Assembly: GCF_009914755.1 (NCBI RefSeq)
Contig: NC_060942.1
DNA from: the human T2T-CHM13v2.0 reference genome, Homo sapiens
Length of the DNA stretch: 64,000 nt
Reading direction: 5' to 3' (one strand)
Both the position numbers and the translations under genes were made by a program. Below, piece after piece: positions 14,340-30,919 of the stretch; the stretch's first letter is position 1, and each line of letters starts with the position of its first letter. Under the pieces are notes generated by a model. It saw only the letters and a program-made list of their open reading frames with translations. It was not told the origin of the DNA and made no database searches.

Positions 14340-15135
14340 GTTTGGACTTTATTCTGATGGTAATATGGAGTCATCAGGAGGCACTGAATCTAGAGATGGG
14401 AGACCAGTTAGAAAGCATCTTCAAAAATGCAGATTATGAGGGCGTGAAAGTAAACACTTGCAGTAGGAATTCAAAGGAAGAGGCATTTGGAGTGTTATTT
14501 AGAATGTTGAACTGACAGCCATCGATATGTGGAAACGTCCATGAGCATAGAGTTTAGAGGACAGTTATCTTTGTTTATGATGCCATTAACTAGAGGGATT
14601 ATTGGCATAGATATTTAAAATATGTTAATTTTGAGACCATTAAACTGTAAGATCTTCCGAGAAGGTAAGATGTGGGTCTAGCTCTCAATAGTGCATGCTA
14701 CAAGGTGATATATTAATCTAGGAGTTATCAATTCACAGGAAGTAACTAAAGCCATGGAAATTCACTTAGGAAATATTTAAGATCTTGGAGAGTCTAATTT
14801 CCACAAAAAAGGGATAGTGTTTATCTTTTTCTCTGCTTTGTCAACAGTATCCAGCAAAATACATGATGCGATAGGTGCTCAGTAAATGTATGTTGAACTA
14901 ATGGATACCTTGAACCATTATTTAAGAGCATGAGAAGGAGGGAGTAGCTAGGAAAGGAGCAAATTAAAAACTTGGGAGAACAAACAAACCAAGTGGTGAG
15001 GCTAATGAAGACCATTTTCAACAGAACCAAGTGACACAGAGTGGGAGAGTAGTTTCTGTTGACCAGTTGGAATAGATGCCTGATTTCAGAGTTGAAGAGT
15101 GGTAGGAATGAGGGGGTAGACATAGCAAGGTAGCC
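14340..15135 (-). mobile_element. L2 fragments, including a short + strand L2 3' end at ~14830-14905
   Basis: gtttggactttattctg...ggagaccagttagaa on the minus strand; taggtgctcagtaaatgtatgttgaa on the plus strand. Confidence 0.55.
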
Positions 15136-16199
15136 TATGTTTCACTGTGTGGCAAGACAGAATGTTGTGGTACCCGGTCGCTGCTAAGGAGTGCATATTG
15201 ATGGATTAGTTCAGTTCTAAGTTAATATCTACAAAAGAGATTAAGTGCTAACATAGAGATTGTCCAAAGAAATGGATTAGAGAGAGGATAGAAAAGGATT
15301 AATATAACAGAAGGGAGCTTGGAGCTAAGCAAGAAGGAAACCAAGCAATGAAAATCCAAGGAGCAAACAGTGGCTTGAACTGGGAAAGGTCATTTGGCAA
15401 CAGAAACTGGAGACAGCTATGATATGTGTTACGAGAAAAATTGTGGTGAGTAGTTTACAGGTAGATTCATACTATTTTAACGGGCCACTGAAAAATTTCC
15501 TAAGGGCATGCTTAAATAAGTTTTATGAACCCTGACCTCTGATTAAGGTGGATATCGGTTCAAGGGAAGGTACTTTTTAAACTAGAAGACATTCAAACAT
15601 GATCATCGACCAAGATAAATGTTTTTGGTAAGGATTGAGACTCACCATTTCAAACCAGTTTAAACATGTTTAAAGAAAAAATAATCCCAGTATCCACTGA
15701 GTTTAATTCATTTCAAAAAGGATGGATTAACAGGGAGAGTCCTAGGGTCCCAAAAATTTGAATGAATTGCTCCAGGGCTCTAATGCTTGTAGAAGAAAAG
15801 TCACCTACAGGTCAGTGGAGATTTGCTGTGCCAATTACTTACGTAAGACTTAGAGGGAAATTATGACCCAGGACTGACCATTATTATTAGTCTAAACAGA
15901 TAAGCTAGGGCTAACTTTCATAATTTTATTTTGTAAAGGATTTTTTTAAAAGGAAACTACAGAAAGCATTCTACAATTTTCCGAACAAGTTCTTTTTTGT
16001 TTGTTTGTTTGTTTTCTTTACTATGAGTGCTGCCTTGAATTCTTTCCAGTCTTTGTTGTTTAGTTTTTTGTGGTCTTTTTCCAACCTAGAGTTACAGAAG
16101 TAAGACCCACAATTGTTCAAATTCTGCAAAGAAAATGTATCTCAAATCTTGTCACTCATCTGTCAATATTTGACGTGAAACAGCTGCTTTTTCAGATGC

Positions 16200-16643
16200 T
16201 GTCCTGAGTTGAATAGTGATCTTCCAAGATTCATGTCCTTCTCAGAACCTCAGAATGTGAACTTATTTGGAAATAGGGTTGTTACAAATATAATGAGTTA
16301 AGATGAGATTATACTAGAGTAGGGAGTACCCTTACTCTAGTATGACTGGTGTCCCCATAAGAAGAAGAAAAGAGACACAAAGACATGATAGTGCCATGTG
16401 ATGATGGAGGCAGAATTTAGAGTGGTGTTTCTAAGCCAAGGAATGCCAATGATTACCAGCAATAATGGACGTTAGAAGAGAGGCATGGAATTGATTTTCC
16501 CTTAGGTCTTTCAGAGGGAGCATGACTTTGCTGGCACCTGGATTTTCAGACTTCTGGCCTCCAAAACTGTGAGAGAATACATTTCTGTTGCTTTAAGCTA
16601 ACCAGTTCATCTAACTGTTACAACTGCCCAGGAAAGGAATACA
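16200..16643 (+). mobile_element. MLT1C-like MaLR solo LTR
   Basis: tgtcctgagttgaatagtg...gaacctcagaatgtgaacttatttggaaataggg...gacttctggcctccaaaactgtgagagaata...aataca. Confidence 0.88.
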
Positions 16644-17068
16644 TGTACCACTGGTTTCTTTAAACAGTTCAGGGAATAAAGGCGGTTGGTCCACTGCAGA
16701 CTTCTCAAATGCCTGTTTGAAAATTTGATGGATAGGTAAAAACAGAACTGGGAAGAGTGGTGCTAAAGAGCAGGGGGGAAATAATCACAATCCGCTTAGA
16801 TTATGTGATAATTTTAGACTGCTACCAAGCAGTCAGAAAGTTAAATAAATCAGGGTTTTCACCTGGTTCTTTAAGATCTGTTGGCTGTGGGAGGTAGACT
16901 CCGGAAAACCTACTTGACTGGGGATACATAGCCATTTGTATCTTGCTATGAGACTTTTTAGATTTGAAGGTGTTGCCTAGGTAACTTGTCCATGTTGAGC
17001 AATTCTGGTATGAACAGAAATGGAACTTGGCTGACCAATTAGACCTGGTAGAAGAGGTAGCAATTTTC

Positions 17069-17460
17069 TGCATTAGTGTTCCAGGCTGCCGTAACAAAAT
17101 TCCACAGACTAGGTGGCGTAAATAACAGAAATTTATTTTCTCACGTTATTGAAGATGGTAAGTCTGAGATCAACCTGGGTTGACGCAGGGTGCGTCAACT
17201 CGGAAATCTTTCTCCCTGGCTTGCAAGATGGCCGCCCTCTTGCTGCCTCCTCACGGGCTTCTCTCTGCACATACCCCCTGGTGTCTCTCCATAAGGACAC
17301 CAGACACTAGTCAGACTGGATTTGGGCCTCTCCGGAAGATCTTGTTTTAGCTTAATTACCTCTTTAAAGGCCCTAATTTCAAGTACAGTCGTGTTCTGAG
17401 GCACTGAAAGTTAAGTCTTGAACATATGAATTCTAGGGGCACCTAATTCAGCCAATAACA
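17069..17460 (-). mobile_element. MLT1A/B-like MaLR solo LTR
   Basis: tgcattagt...ggctgccgtaacaaaattccacagactaggtggc...aacagaaatttattttctcac...attcagccaataaca. Confidence 0.85.
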
Positions 17461-18324
17461 GATATCTAGGAAGGGTCAACGTTCAAGATAATTGAGAAGT
17501 ATTTATTTCTCTGTTCTATAATTGGGAAGAATACAAATGTAAAGGGGAATAACATCAAAAAAGATAAAAATATTGCCACTTATTGAGGATGTCAAGTGAA
17601 TACATTCCACGGATTTAAAAAAGGGTTCCTGAGTTGATCCTCAGAATGGAGAAAATACACCACTCTGTCATTTAAATGTAGCTAATATTTTCATGTGTTC
17701 TGTCATAAATGAAATAGTAGAACAGAAATTGAAGATTTATTATTGAGATCAGAGACACTGACATTTACTACAGAAAGAAATTAATTTCTTTATGAAACTT
17801 TCAAGCTTTACTGTTTTCTCTGATTTCTTACCAGAATTGTTTTGCTCATCTGTACAAATACTCAGTAAGACATAGGGATGCTGTGTTCCTCATTCCTATC
17901 TGGAAATATAATAGCCACACACAGTGTCTACTCATAAATAACACATACTAATAAAGCTTCTGTAGAGCAGAATAATTTAGACAAAGTGCCAGCCTCAGGG
18001 TTGTGAAATGTGGCTTCAACTATTAATATTTTCTTATATTAAATACATGTTGTGCAACTTATCCCTGACACTTCTTTTGCCATTGCTGAGAAACCAAAAG
18101 ACTATTTGCCTATATAAAACTTTAGAATGATAGGAAATATATTCCCTTATTGATTGTCCCACTAAGAGTAGGCCATAATAGGTTTAATGTCACCTGTAGG
18201 CATCAGAAGCAACATGGCAGGAATGATAGGGATGGGGGAGAAAACAGGATCTGTAAGTGATGTCTGAAAGACATTATAGGTGTAGGAGGCAAGATGCCTT
18301 TTCCTGAAGAGTAATTCTACCTCA

Positions 18325-18530
18325 TATTTACTGGGTGTGCCTGGCACTGTTAAGTGCTTTGCAACTATAAGCCTTCTAAGGTGGGTACCCCTTATTTCTA
18401 CTAACAGAAGTAGAAATGAAATCAGAGATAAGTAAGTTGCCCAAAGTTGGCAAACCTAGCAAATGATAAATTTGGGATTTGAATCCAGGTCGTCTAAGTC
18501 CAGGGTCTACACTCTCAACCATCAGCCTGT
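18325..18530 (-). mobile_element. MIR SINE
   Basis: gtgcctggcactgttaagtgcttt...agtaagttgcccaaagt...gggatttgaatccagg. Confidence 0.75.
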
Positions 18531-18881
18531 ACTCTCTCTCTTTAAAGCAAGGTTAAAAATCTAGTGTTATTTAAAACAGGTAATGGGGGTCTTAAGTCCA
18601 AAGACAAGAATCAACAGGTCTCAAGTTTCAAATAATCCACTAAATTTGAGATCTGGGTGGTCTGGCAGTAAGGGATTATGAATTTCAAAAGTCTACCCAA
18701 GTGGCACAGAAAACCCTCCATAGGAAAGAATGTTGTTGAAAAATGAGTAAGAGTTCTCCTCTTGCCTTCTCACCTGTGAGAGAAAATTTCCTCAGTTTGT
18801 GGAAGGACTGAAACCTGAACATGATGGCAAATGGAGATATCCGAACAAAACAGAGGAGAGATCTGGCTTTCAAGGGCTTTC

Positions 18882-19238
<357 letters not shown>

Positions 19239-21556
19239 TTCTAGGGCTTTCAAAGCTTGTTCACATTCCTTGGGGCTGCAGGTTCCTGATGGCCAAAGAT
19301 GTCAAAGTTTCAGAAGAACACACACAGCCCCTATGGAAGATTACACTCCGCATAAACTCCCAGTCTATTCGGAAGAGACAGAATGGCTGCTTGGCACAGG
19401 CACTGAGTCCTGGCAAAATCTAGCTTCCACTTAAAGAAGCTGATAGAGTGCCTCATCAATAGCTGACTTGGAGCTATCTGAATCATCCTAGATAATTGAA
19501 TCCCACATCCAGCTTTTCTTGGTTGCTTTCTTTTCTCACCATAGCTCTGATAATGTTCTGGTCAAACAATCTTCTTCCTGCTTTCACCACTAATCTGGCC
19601 TCGACCTCATTCATCACCAGCATGTCAGTCCCCATAGAAATGTTGTCAGCTTCCATTTGGAACAAGATGATATCTTAGTCACTTAATAGTTTATTATGTA
19701 ACTGACTCTTTGACAGCACTCTGGGCACAATGCGTTTTCTCAACCTTGGTGCAGAACAACACGTCCCACGCCATAATAGGACTGTGAACAGTTCAGAAAC
19801 TTGTATTTTATAGTTGCCCTTTAACTAGTTTAGAGTTAAATTGTTCAGTGTGACAGAATGTACTCAGTACTCTGGTAATAAATATGAACACTATCTTACG
19901 GGCTTTAATCCTCACATATTGTGGTCATTTCTTGCTAATCAGTAATTTAGCAAGTTGAGTTAAAAAGTGTAGCATCATGGCTCTTGAATATTAAAGTATA
20001 TTCAACTCTGAAATGAAATTCTATTTACTTTTATTTGTTTAATCATACAAAGTTGGATTCTGTTACTGAAATATTTCTTCCAAGAAATATTTTTCTCCTT
20101 GAAAGTGGAGTTAAATTTCCGATAAGTTCATTTTAGATAGATTTTGCAATTCCTTTTACTTAAAAATCAAGTTTAATTTTTCTGTCTGTTTTTCCAGAAG
20201 TGAAACTGCTTTTGAAGGTTGTACTTTGTTTTAGTTAGAGTCTGATACATTGGAGAGTTGGAAAAACACTTTTTGAGTGTTTCTTTCATTTTGCAGGACC
20301 TTCTATATTGTAAAAATCAATAAAGTGCTTGCTTGCTTTTGGTTTGAAATACATGACTTTGCTCTCATTGCTTAATAAGAATGCCCTATAAATGCCCCTT
20401 AATCCTTATTTACTAAAAGTTAAAAAAATTGGACAAATTCTTATTAAGTCACTAATCTATGCAAGAGACTTTGCCATGCATGTCAAGCCTTACAGAGAGG
20501 GATATTTTTATCTTTGCCCTACTTCCATGCCTTAGACTACACCAAGTATAACATAAGACCTCTTAGACATACTATAAATATTGGCTGATATATAGCTAGT
20601 GAAAATAATTGAAGAAAGACTTTGCTTGTTAATATACTTAGAAAATCCATTAAAGAATGCTGATGGCCTTTCTGTTTCCAAAATGCTTTTACAATCACAT
20701 TTGTGTTTTTTTCCCTACAATAAATCTGAACCAAGTTGGCATTTATATTCCTATTAATATTTATAAGCAAAGAAACGGAAAATGTGAACAACTCAAGTGA
20801 ATGGTGCAATCACAGAGCAAGTGTGAAAGAAAACACCCTGTTTTAAGTTTTCTGAATGGCACAAAGATTCTTGTCTGTTTGCTGCTGTACTCTCAATAAC
20901 GCCAGACTGCTTGTACCTTATTCGGCTGACCACCGTGGCATTTAGCCTGCCACTGTTGCTAATGTCACCTTGTTGCCATCTATGAACACTTGCTCTCATT
21001 GGACTAAGTGGTCCTAAACACTGTACTTATTTCAGAGCCTGTTGCTTTTCCACCCGGCCTCCCCGTGTCTCATCTATTTGAAATGCATTCCTTTGGCTCA
21101 ATATAACCATTCCAGCACTCCCCTAATTATTCCTTTTCACCATGTACCAGTCTTCAGAAGTTTCAAATTGCATCGTATCAGGTAATGTTTTTAAAGCAGA
21201 ACCTGAAGATAACATAAATAGTTTGTTTTCTGCAGCACTAACCTGGCAGTAACACTTGGAATCAATTTTCAGGTCTCCAAAATAATTTGAACATTACCTA
21301 ATACCACTATCTTACAATAATAAAGTAAAATTAAGATAAGTTGTAGTCAAGAATGACTCTGAAATGGAATAGTTATTTGAAGTTCAGGTATCTCATTATC
21401 TTTGCCATTTCTCTTGTTGTGGTTTTGTCTGCGATTTTTATAAGCCAATGTTTATTATATTTTTTGTAATGATGTGATTTGGAACTAAATTATTTTTCTG
21501 TCACATCTTCTCAATCAGTGGAAGGTAATGCACTAAAAAAAAAAAAATGTAGTGCA

Positions 21557-21871
<315 letters not shown>

Positions 21872-23019
21872 GCAAATGCCTGGGGTTCAGTGGATTACTA
21901 AAGGAAACTATTTAATCTATTTAAAATGATTTCCAATTAGTGAAGATTCTGTATTAACCATCTCTAACTCTGAAAAAAGCACAGCACTTCAATCTAATTA
22001 TTGGTTGACTTGGTATATTAATGAAAAATGTCATTGATACTACTAGTAGAATTTTAGCAAAAATTATAAGCTATATGTGGTTATTAACATACAATATAAG
22101 GTAGTAAAATAATATTACACTGTACCGTTGATATGTATGAATTTATCATTATACTATAAACGGACTAAAATAATAAAAACTTGATTTTTTAGTGGATTTG
22201 CATTTTTAGAAAATAGCAAACCATTTTATCCTCACTCTAGCATAGTCAGGAAATATAATAAATTAGCTTACATTAGCTATTACTCATTATCATAAAATAA
22301 TTTATATGGAATTACATTTTAAACATTTTATACTTGACTTCAAATTGGAGCATATCCAAATTATTTTTACAGTGTAAAGGCATCATTGAAGACACAGTTC
22401 TAGAAACCAAAGATAAAATTTCAAAATACCAATATTTCCATCTGGTCTTTTTAACCTTTGTTGGTCTTTGAAAGTTGACTAAAGTCTCCAGACTTTGTTT
22501 CTCTCTCGTGTCGAAACTACACTGGGACACAAGAACCGGCACACATTTGTAAATTAGCATACACTTTCAATCCATGAATTTTCAGATGAAGAATGACTGC
22601 TCTACAGCATAAAGAGTTTTATCTGGGATAGTTGCTAAACAAGTATTAAGCTCAGAAAATTAACAGTGATTCTGAAAAATATTCAAACAGCAGTGCGAAT
22701 GGAAACTGACAATATATCAAAACTGGTTTGACAAATGTATTAAAAAATAACTTTGTTTCTATTGAGAAACAACTCATTTAAGCTTATTAAAGATAGGTAC
22801 ATTTTCCTGCTTTTAGTTTTTAATAATTTTTTAAGCAATGGAAATAAAACATACCTTCATTTTGATTAGAGAAATATGTTTCATGACTGTTTTTAAGAGA
22901 ATATTTACTTATTCACAGTTCTTCAAATTTTAAATTGTGAGATTGAGAGTAGCTTGGAGAATTTAAAAACTTTTTTTAAAAAAGCTAACTGAATAGTTTT
23001 TGGCTTCATAATTTTTATT

Positions 23020-23432
23020 TTTATTATTTTTTTCCAGTTTGTTACCTTTTTATTTTTTAAAAAGTATTTTCCGTTTTTATTTTAGATTCACAGGGTACAT
23101 GTGCAGGTTTGTTACATGGGTATATTATATGATGCTGAGTTTTGGGGCATGAATGATCCTATCACCATTGTAGTGATTTTAGTATCCAATATGTTAGTTT
23201 TTCAGCCCTTCCCTCCTTCCCTCTCTCCCTCCTCTAACAGCACCCAGTTTCTGTTGTTCCCACCTTTATGTCCATGTGTATCCACTGCGAAGTCCTCACT
23301 TACAGATAAGAACATGCAGTATTTGATTTCCTATTCCTGCATTAATTCACCCAGGATAATGGCCTCTAGCTGCATCCGTGTTGCTGCAAAGGACATTATT
23401 TTGTTCTTTTTAGTGGCTGCATAGTATTCCAT
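23020..23432 (-). mobile_element. 5'-truncated L1PA15/16-like 3' end
   Basis: ttttattttagattcacagggtacatgtgcaggtttgttacatggg... Perfect 17-bp TSD gcttcataatttttatt at 23003-23019 and 23433-23449. Confidence 0.92.
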
Positions 23433-23889
23433 GCTTCATAATTTTTATTGAATTATTAGTGTTAGCAGAGATATTTACACACGACAGGTCCAGAAATTAT
23501 TTGTGGCATTGTTGCGAGGGAAAGTCTCAATAGTATTTATACATCTATCATAAATATACAGACATTCTATAATCCTTATTAAATGCAGAAATGTTTAGAG
23601 ACTTCAATGATTTGAGATATAGAGTTCGTGTACTTCTTTGGAGGGATGGGCAGTTTATAATCAAGAATGAGTCTAATCCATCACTTATTAAATCTTTGGC
23701 AGTTAAAACATTAGGATCTAATTCATATGAGGATCAAAAGACAAATATGGGTCCTATAGCAGTGGCATCCTCTGGTTCAGAGTGACAAAAGAAGGATGGA
23801 GCCAGCTACACAGTTCTTTGCTATTCCGAGGACTGGATATGCTTGGTTTTGAAGGACCTGTACAGTGAAAACTCTGAACTTAGTAGAGT

Positions 23890-24223
23890 TGTACTAGTCC
23901 ATTTTCACACTGCTATAAAGATACTACCTGCTACTGGGTAATTTATAAAGAATGGAGGTTTAATTGACTCACAGTTGAGTATGGCTGGTGGGGGGCCTCA
24001 GGAAGCTTACAATCATGGTGGAAGGCAGCAGGAGAGAGTGCAAGCAAAGGGGAAGTCCCACACTTAAAAACCACGAGATCTCCTGAGAACTCACTATCAT
24101 GAGAACAGCATGGGGGAAACCACCCCCATAATCCAATTACCTCCCACCAGGTCCCTCCCTTGACACATGGGGATTACAATTTGAGATGAGATTTGGGTGG
24201 GGACACAGAGCCAAACCATATCA
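23890..24223 (-). mobile_element. THE1C/D-like MaLR solo LTR
   Basis: tgtactagtccattttcacactgctataaag...gagatttgggtggggacacagagccaaaccatatca. Confidence 0.93.
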
Positions 24224-24510
24224 CCATATTCAACCAATATGGTTTTATGAGAAGAATAAGATCTATTCATTATGGCTAAATTACCAGAGATCAAAGAGGA
24301 TCATAGTGGTAAGCTAAATTACCCTCTATTTTTAAAAAATGTTCTTTCCACTTTCTCAAAGTGTGATATTATTATGCCATCATATTGTCAGAGGGAATAA
24401 AATGGTGAGGGCATTGTAATTTTATATTTCTAACCTATGTCAGCCTAAAAGATGACATTTTTGAGGTAGACTTGACAAACTATATTGCAAAGTGACAATT
24501 AAGTGAAAAA

Positions 24511-24787
24511 GGCCAAGCATGGTGTCTCATGCCTATAATCCCAGCACTTTGGAAGCCTAGGTGGGAGGATGGCTTGAGGCCGGGAGTTTGAAACCAGCCT
24601 GGTCAGCATAGCAAGACTCCATCTCTACAAGGACGTGGTGGCATGCACCTGTAGTTTCAGCTACTTTGGAGGCAGAGGCAAGAAGATTGCTTGAGCCTTG
24701 GAAATCAAGGGTGCAGTGAGTCATGATTATGCCACTGCACTCCAGCCTGGGCAACAGAGAAAACTCTGTCTCAAAATCAATAAATAA
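24511..24787 (+). mobile_element. AluJ with the middle A-rich linker deleted
   Basis: ggccaagcatggtg...ggatggcttgagg. catctctacaa joins directly to ggacgtggtggc. Confidence 0.9.
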
Positions 24788-26111
24788 TCACTGAAAAAGA
24801 GCTCTTCTCTCCTGCCAAAGCCATATGATTGATTTCATTTTTTTCATGACTATAAGCCATTGGAAGCTTTTAAGCTGGACAGTAGCATGTCTTAATTCAT
24901 GCTTTAGAATGTAACCTTGGTGGCTATGTGGAAGAGCATCTGTAGGTTGGGAGAACTGGTTGCAATAAGACTCATTAGGGGACTGTTCCACTGACATAGT
25001 CAAGACATAATTAGCATCCAGACTACAGCAGGAGATTCCAGATTGAAGAGAAGACATTGGGAGACATTTGGAAAATCTAGAAGAAATAGAACCTATTTTT
25101 TGAAAAATACTTGACATTAATATTAAACAATTTCTTTATCTTTTAAATTATATTTTGGGACTTACGGATCTGGAGTATAATGGGAGATGCTTTATTTCAA
25201 ATCTTCCCAAGCATCCTACACTCTTGAAAAAGAAAATAAAAAAGGAGCATGAATATGACTACATTTGACCAACATCTTCAGCATTGCTTGAAGGCGTAGG
25301 GTAATACAAACTTAAAATTACCTGTCAGCAGAGAAATAAGCCCCAAGTTTTAATACAGCTTCTGCTGCTCCTGCAGGCTTGTAAATGTGGAGAACAGGGA
25401 AGGGAGACATAAGATCGAAAAGTCTCAGTGGAAACATAAACGGATACACTCAGAAAGAGAAAGTTTGATAATAAAAATGCTGAAATACTTACCACATTTC
25501 TAGGGCTCTGTAGTTGACAACACTGGCTACAGGGAAATAAGCAGGACTGGAAGTTAGAGCCTCAGAAAGCATTTGTTTCTTGGGGATAATCAGAAAAGTA
25601 AAGAAGGAGAGGGCTATGAAGAGAAATAAACAAATGAAGGAATCATTAAGGATCTTATCTTTCCCCTCCTATAACCACAACCACAACCACCACCATCCAT
25701 TAAAGAAACGAAACCTTATTACACTGAACAAATAGTCTTCTAAACTTGAAATATTATCCTAAGATGCCTAAAAATAGAGAAAAAACTCAATTTAATTCAA
25801 AACTGCTGTCACAAGTAACCTAACAGTGTTAATCCAAATATTTCAACCGATGAAAATTCTCCTAAAACAACTATGAAACAGAATTAGATGGTAACAAAAC
25901 ACTACAAACTGAATTAACTATCTTCATATAAACATTTGGCGATAAGAAACATTTTAAATCAGTAATTCAAAAACTAAAACTCTAACAAAAATGCAAATTG
26001 AACAAAGGAAAGAAATAGAAGAAAAAGACTATTGGAAATAAAGGTAAAACAAAACATACAAAGTGCTCACTGTAGAATATATTCAAGTAATAATTAATAA
26101 GGGACATTGAA

Positions 26112-26288
26112 AGACTGGGCATGGTGCATGCCTGTAGTCCCAGCTACTTGCCTGGGGGGTGAGATGGGAAGATAGTTTGAGCCCAGGAGTTCAAGATCAG
26201 CCTGAATGACATAGAACCTGTCTCTAAAGTTAAATTTGAAAATTAAATAATTAAAATATTAAAAAATTTAAAAAAATTATAGTAGTAA
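26112..26288 (+). mobile_element. Alu monomer (FLAM_A/FAM-like) with an AT-rich tail
   Basis: ctgggcatggtgcatgcctgtagtcccagctac...gagcccaggagttcaag. TSD-like aataagggacattgaa / aataagagacattaaa. Confidence 0.8.
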
Positions 26289-26608
26289 AATAAGAGACAT
26301 TAAACAAGAGGAGGAAAACAATCAAGAGGATGAACATAATACAACGAACAAGGTAAAAAAGTGTCAGAGAAAGTGGATCAAGTAAGAAGGCAAATAACAT
26401 CCAATAGATGTATAATAGAATCCCTAAAGGAAAAAAAAAAACAAAAGCAATAAAATAGAACTAATATTTAAAATTATAATCCAAGAAAAGTTCCTGGACC
26501 TAAAAGACAACCAGAATGCTTTTGGATTAGGCCCACCGATGACCTGGGAAAATTGATCCAGGACAGTCAACCAGAAGATACATTCTAGTAGAATTATGAA
26601 AATTTTAA

Positions 26609-27890
<1,282 letters not shown>

Positions 27891-28128
27891 AAAATTTTAA
27901 AAATAAAATTTCATCAGGTTGCCAGACTAAAAGACAAAATAATTTACAAGGAGAAGGGCATTACTCTGGCATCAGACTTCTGAGAACAAGCATTCAAATC
28001 AAAGCAAAAATGGAGCAGAATTTTCAAGACATTTAAGGAGAGACAGTGATAACCAAATAGTGTGTTCTTTCTAGGCAAGAAAGGAAATTAAATTGCTTTC
28101 TTAGTTTGTGAATACTGTCAAAACCTGA

Positions 28129-28596
<468 letters not shown>

Positions 28597-29194
28597 TAGC
28601 TGAGCTTATCACATTACAGACAGTTGTAAATTCTAGATTTATGTGCTGCTACCTTGAGTATATAATTCAATTTATATATTAAAGAATTAGATAATTTAAT
28701 AAAATTATAGGTCTGTAAAATTAAATTTACTTGTAAAAAGTTTTCAAGTTTGGAAATTTTAAGTTTATAAAATTAAAATACTACATTAAAAATATTCAAA
28801 GAGCCTTTGAAAAAAATTGATTCTTCAGTGAAAGTTTTTTAAAGCAAATTTAAATATTCATAAAATTTTATCTATGTAATGCCCATTCTTATTCACTTAA
28901 TAACACACATAAACTTTATTCTGAGTAATTTTTAAATATCTCATTAGTACTATTTTGCTTACAAAGAGAATCCAAGTTATGATCCATCTTTGATAGCTGC
29001 TTTCTAAGATATGGAGTTCAGGAGAATAATATCATGTGATCTCTCATGAAGCCTATTTTTATTTTCTGAGAATTATTTCAATTCGTTTTTTTTCAATCAA
29101 GCTGTTTGACACACTACCAATGTGACTGAGATAAATCTGGAAGGATCGTTGACTTCTATCAGTCCCTGTTTTACAGAGAATATGTTCCTTGATA

Positions 29195-29395
29195 AACAGT
29201 TTGTAGGACTTACACCTTCTCTAAGCACTTTACAAGCGTTAGCTTATTTTCTTAATGCTTACAGAAGCATTCTTTTCTAGGTATTATTTTTTGCCAGTTT
29301 ACACATGAGAAAACTTACAAGGTAATACAGTTAGTAAATGACAGAAATGAGATTTGAACACCAGCATTCTGGCTCCAAAATCTGTACTTCAAATC
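29195..29395 (-). mobile_element. MIR SINE
   Basis: ttctctaagcactttaca...ttttacacatgagaaaact...gagatttgaacaccagcattctggctcca. Confidence 0.75.
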
Positions 29396-30384
29396 AAGAA
29401 ATCAAAGGTGGACTTATAAGTATTGTGATTTTCATGAATAAATTAGTGTTACTTGCATGACTTAGAATGCCTTATAAAAATCCCAGGAGGTTTTTTTTTG
29501 TTGTTGTTTTTGCATATAAGATACAATAGACAATAGAAGTAAAATATAACAAACTCTAATACTCAGGTGACTGAAAAGTCATAGATGAAAAAACCGAAAA
29601 TCACTGGTTGTTCTGTGATTTAAAAAATAACCATGGGATCCGGTAGATGTGGCTGCCCAGAATCAAAGTTGAAATTGTAAGCAAGAATGGATACAAGAGA
29701 TAGAAGTTAGAATTCATAAAGGGTAGTTTATTTCTGATAATATCGAAGCAGGTGACGTTAACAAAATTAAATTTATCATGATTAACACTGAGACAAAGCC
29801 AATAGAAATTCTGAATCTGGTTGAAGAGTATGGGCATACTCAAAGTTAGCCTGAGATGGATTCCACTGGACCATGAATCCACATATATTCCTTCTCTTCA
29901 AAGTTGTGGCAGATACTGCACCCAGCTGTTGCATCTTGTCAATAGGATTTAAATAATTTGACAGCTTTGGACTGAGTATCATTGACTTTATGTCTCTGAC
30001 CAAAGTTTTATAGATGGAAAAATAATTAACTTTCCTTTGCATTACAACCATAAAGTCTCACTCAACTTTTTATTTACAAGAATAGTTAATTGGTAAGTCA
30101 AATACTTTGAAAGAATAAATGTTTAATGTTATGGAATGCCTTTTTTCTCCCCAGTAGACATTCTGTTCCAGTAAACTGACACGATTTATAAGTAGTTCAA
30201 CAAAATTTAGTTTCTTATACCTGCAATAAATTGTGTAGAAAATCTTCTTAAATAATCTTTCAAGGTTTACATTTTATACTATATGTTTCTGAAGCATTTA
30301 AATGTTTTATAAATATTTCCATGTGCAGTCTCATGGAAAATAGTTTCATACTAAAATTCAAAGGAAGAAGATATTGATTAAAAT

Positions 30385-30580
30385 GAGCACTGATTGTGAA
30401 GTCAGAAGGACTGGTTTTATGTCTTGGTTCTGAAAACGAATAACTTGATAACCTTAGGAGATTAACCCCTGTAACATTTAGCTTCATAATCTGTAAAATA
30501 AAAGTCATAATAGTATCCTGCCTACCTTACTATGGTATTATGAATCATATAGTGTGTATGAAAGTGTGTGAATTATAAAC
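30385..30580 (+). mobile_element. MIR/MIR3 SINE
   Basis: gagcactgattgtgaagtcagaaggactgg...ttcataatctgtaaaataaa. Confidence 0.65.
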
Positions 30581-30919
30581 TTGCAATCAAATGTATATTA
30601 AAACTGCTAAGAAATAAAAATATGTCCACTTCTGAACTCTTTGATTATGTTGTACTTATTGAAGAAAGGGTAGAATATTCACTATGTATCAAGTAAATAA
30701 TGCAAATAAGAATGATATACAAGTTTATTGAATAAATATGGACACAATTAATGTTACTATTTCTTAAAAGCTATGTCTTTGATTTCAGTAAGAGCTAACT
30801 GTCCTTAACTTTTGAAGAGGTAGAAAGAACAGGAAAGTCAAAACACTGCTATTTGTTAGCAGTGGTTTGGAAAAGTAATTTACCCCTTTGTTCCTGAATT
30901 TCCTTATCTCTTGTCTCTC

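Larger units (their letters stand above)
12525..14340 (-). mobile_element. Old L1ME-type 3' region hosting MER30, an L1MA fragment and an orphan insert
   Basis: Reverse L1M 3' motifs: gggtatatacctaa, aatttatactcccatcagcagtg, gagattgaacaccttttcatatg. Confidence 0.7.

Noticed and set aside
16310-16343. Hairpin tactagagtaggg...cccttactctagta as a possible miRNA or terminator
   Set aside because: It lies within the MLT1 LTR, where such an internal inverted repeat is a family feature, and it is too short for a pre-miRNA.
22312-22560. 82-aa minus ORF, and a + strand acceptor followed by a 32-codon open frame
   Set aside because: No recognisable homology and no partner exons.
29601-30051. Overlapping 89-93 aa minus-strand ORFs in unique DNA
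   Set aside because: No recognisable domain and no convincing flanking splice sites. The length is within chance expectation.
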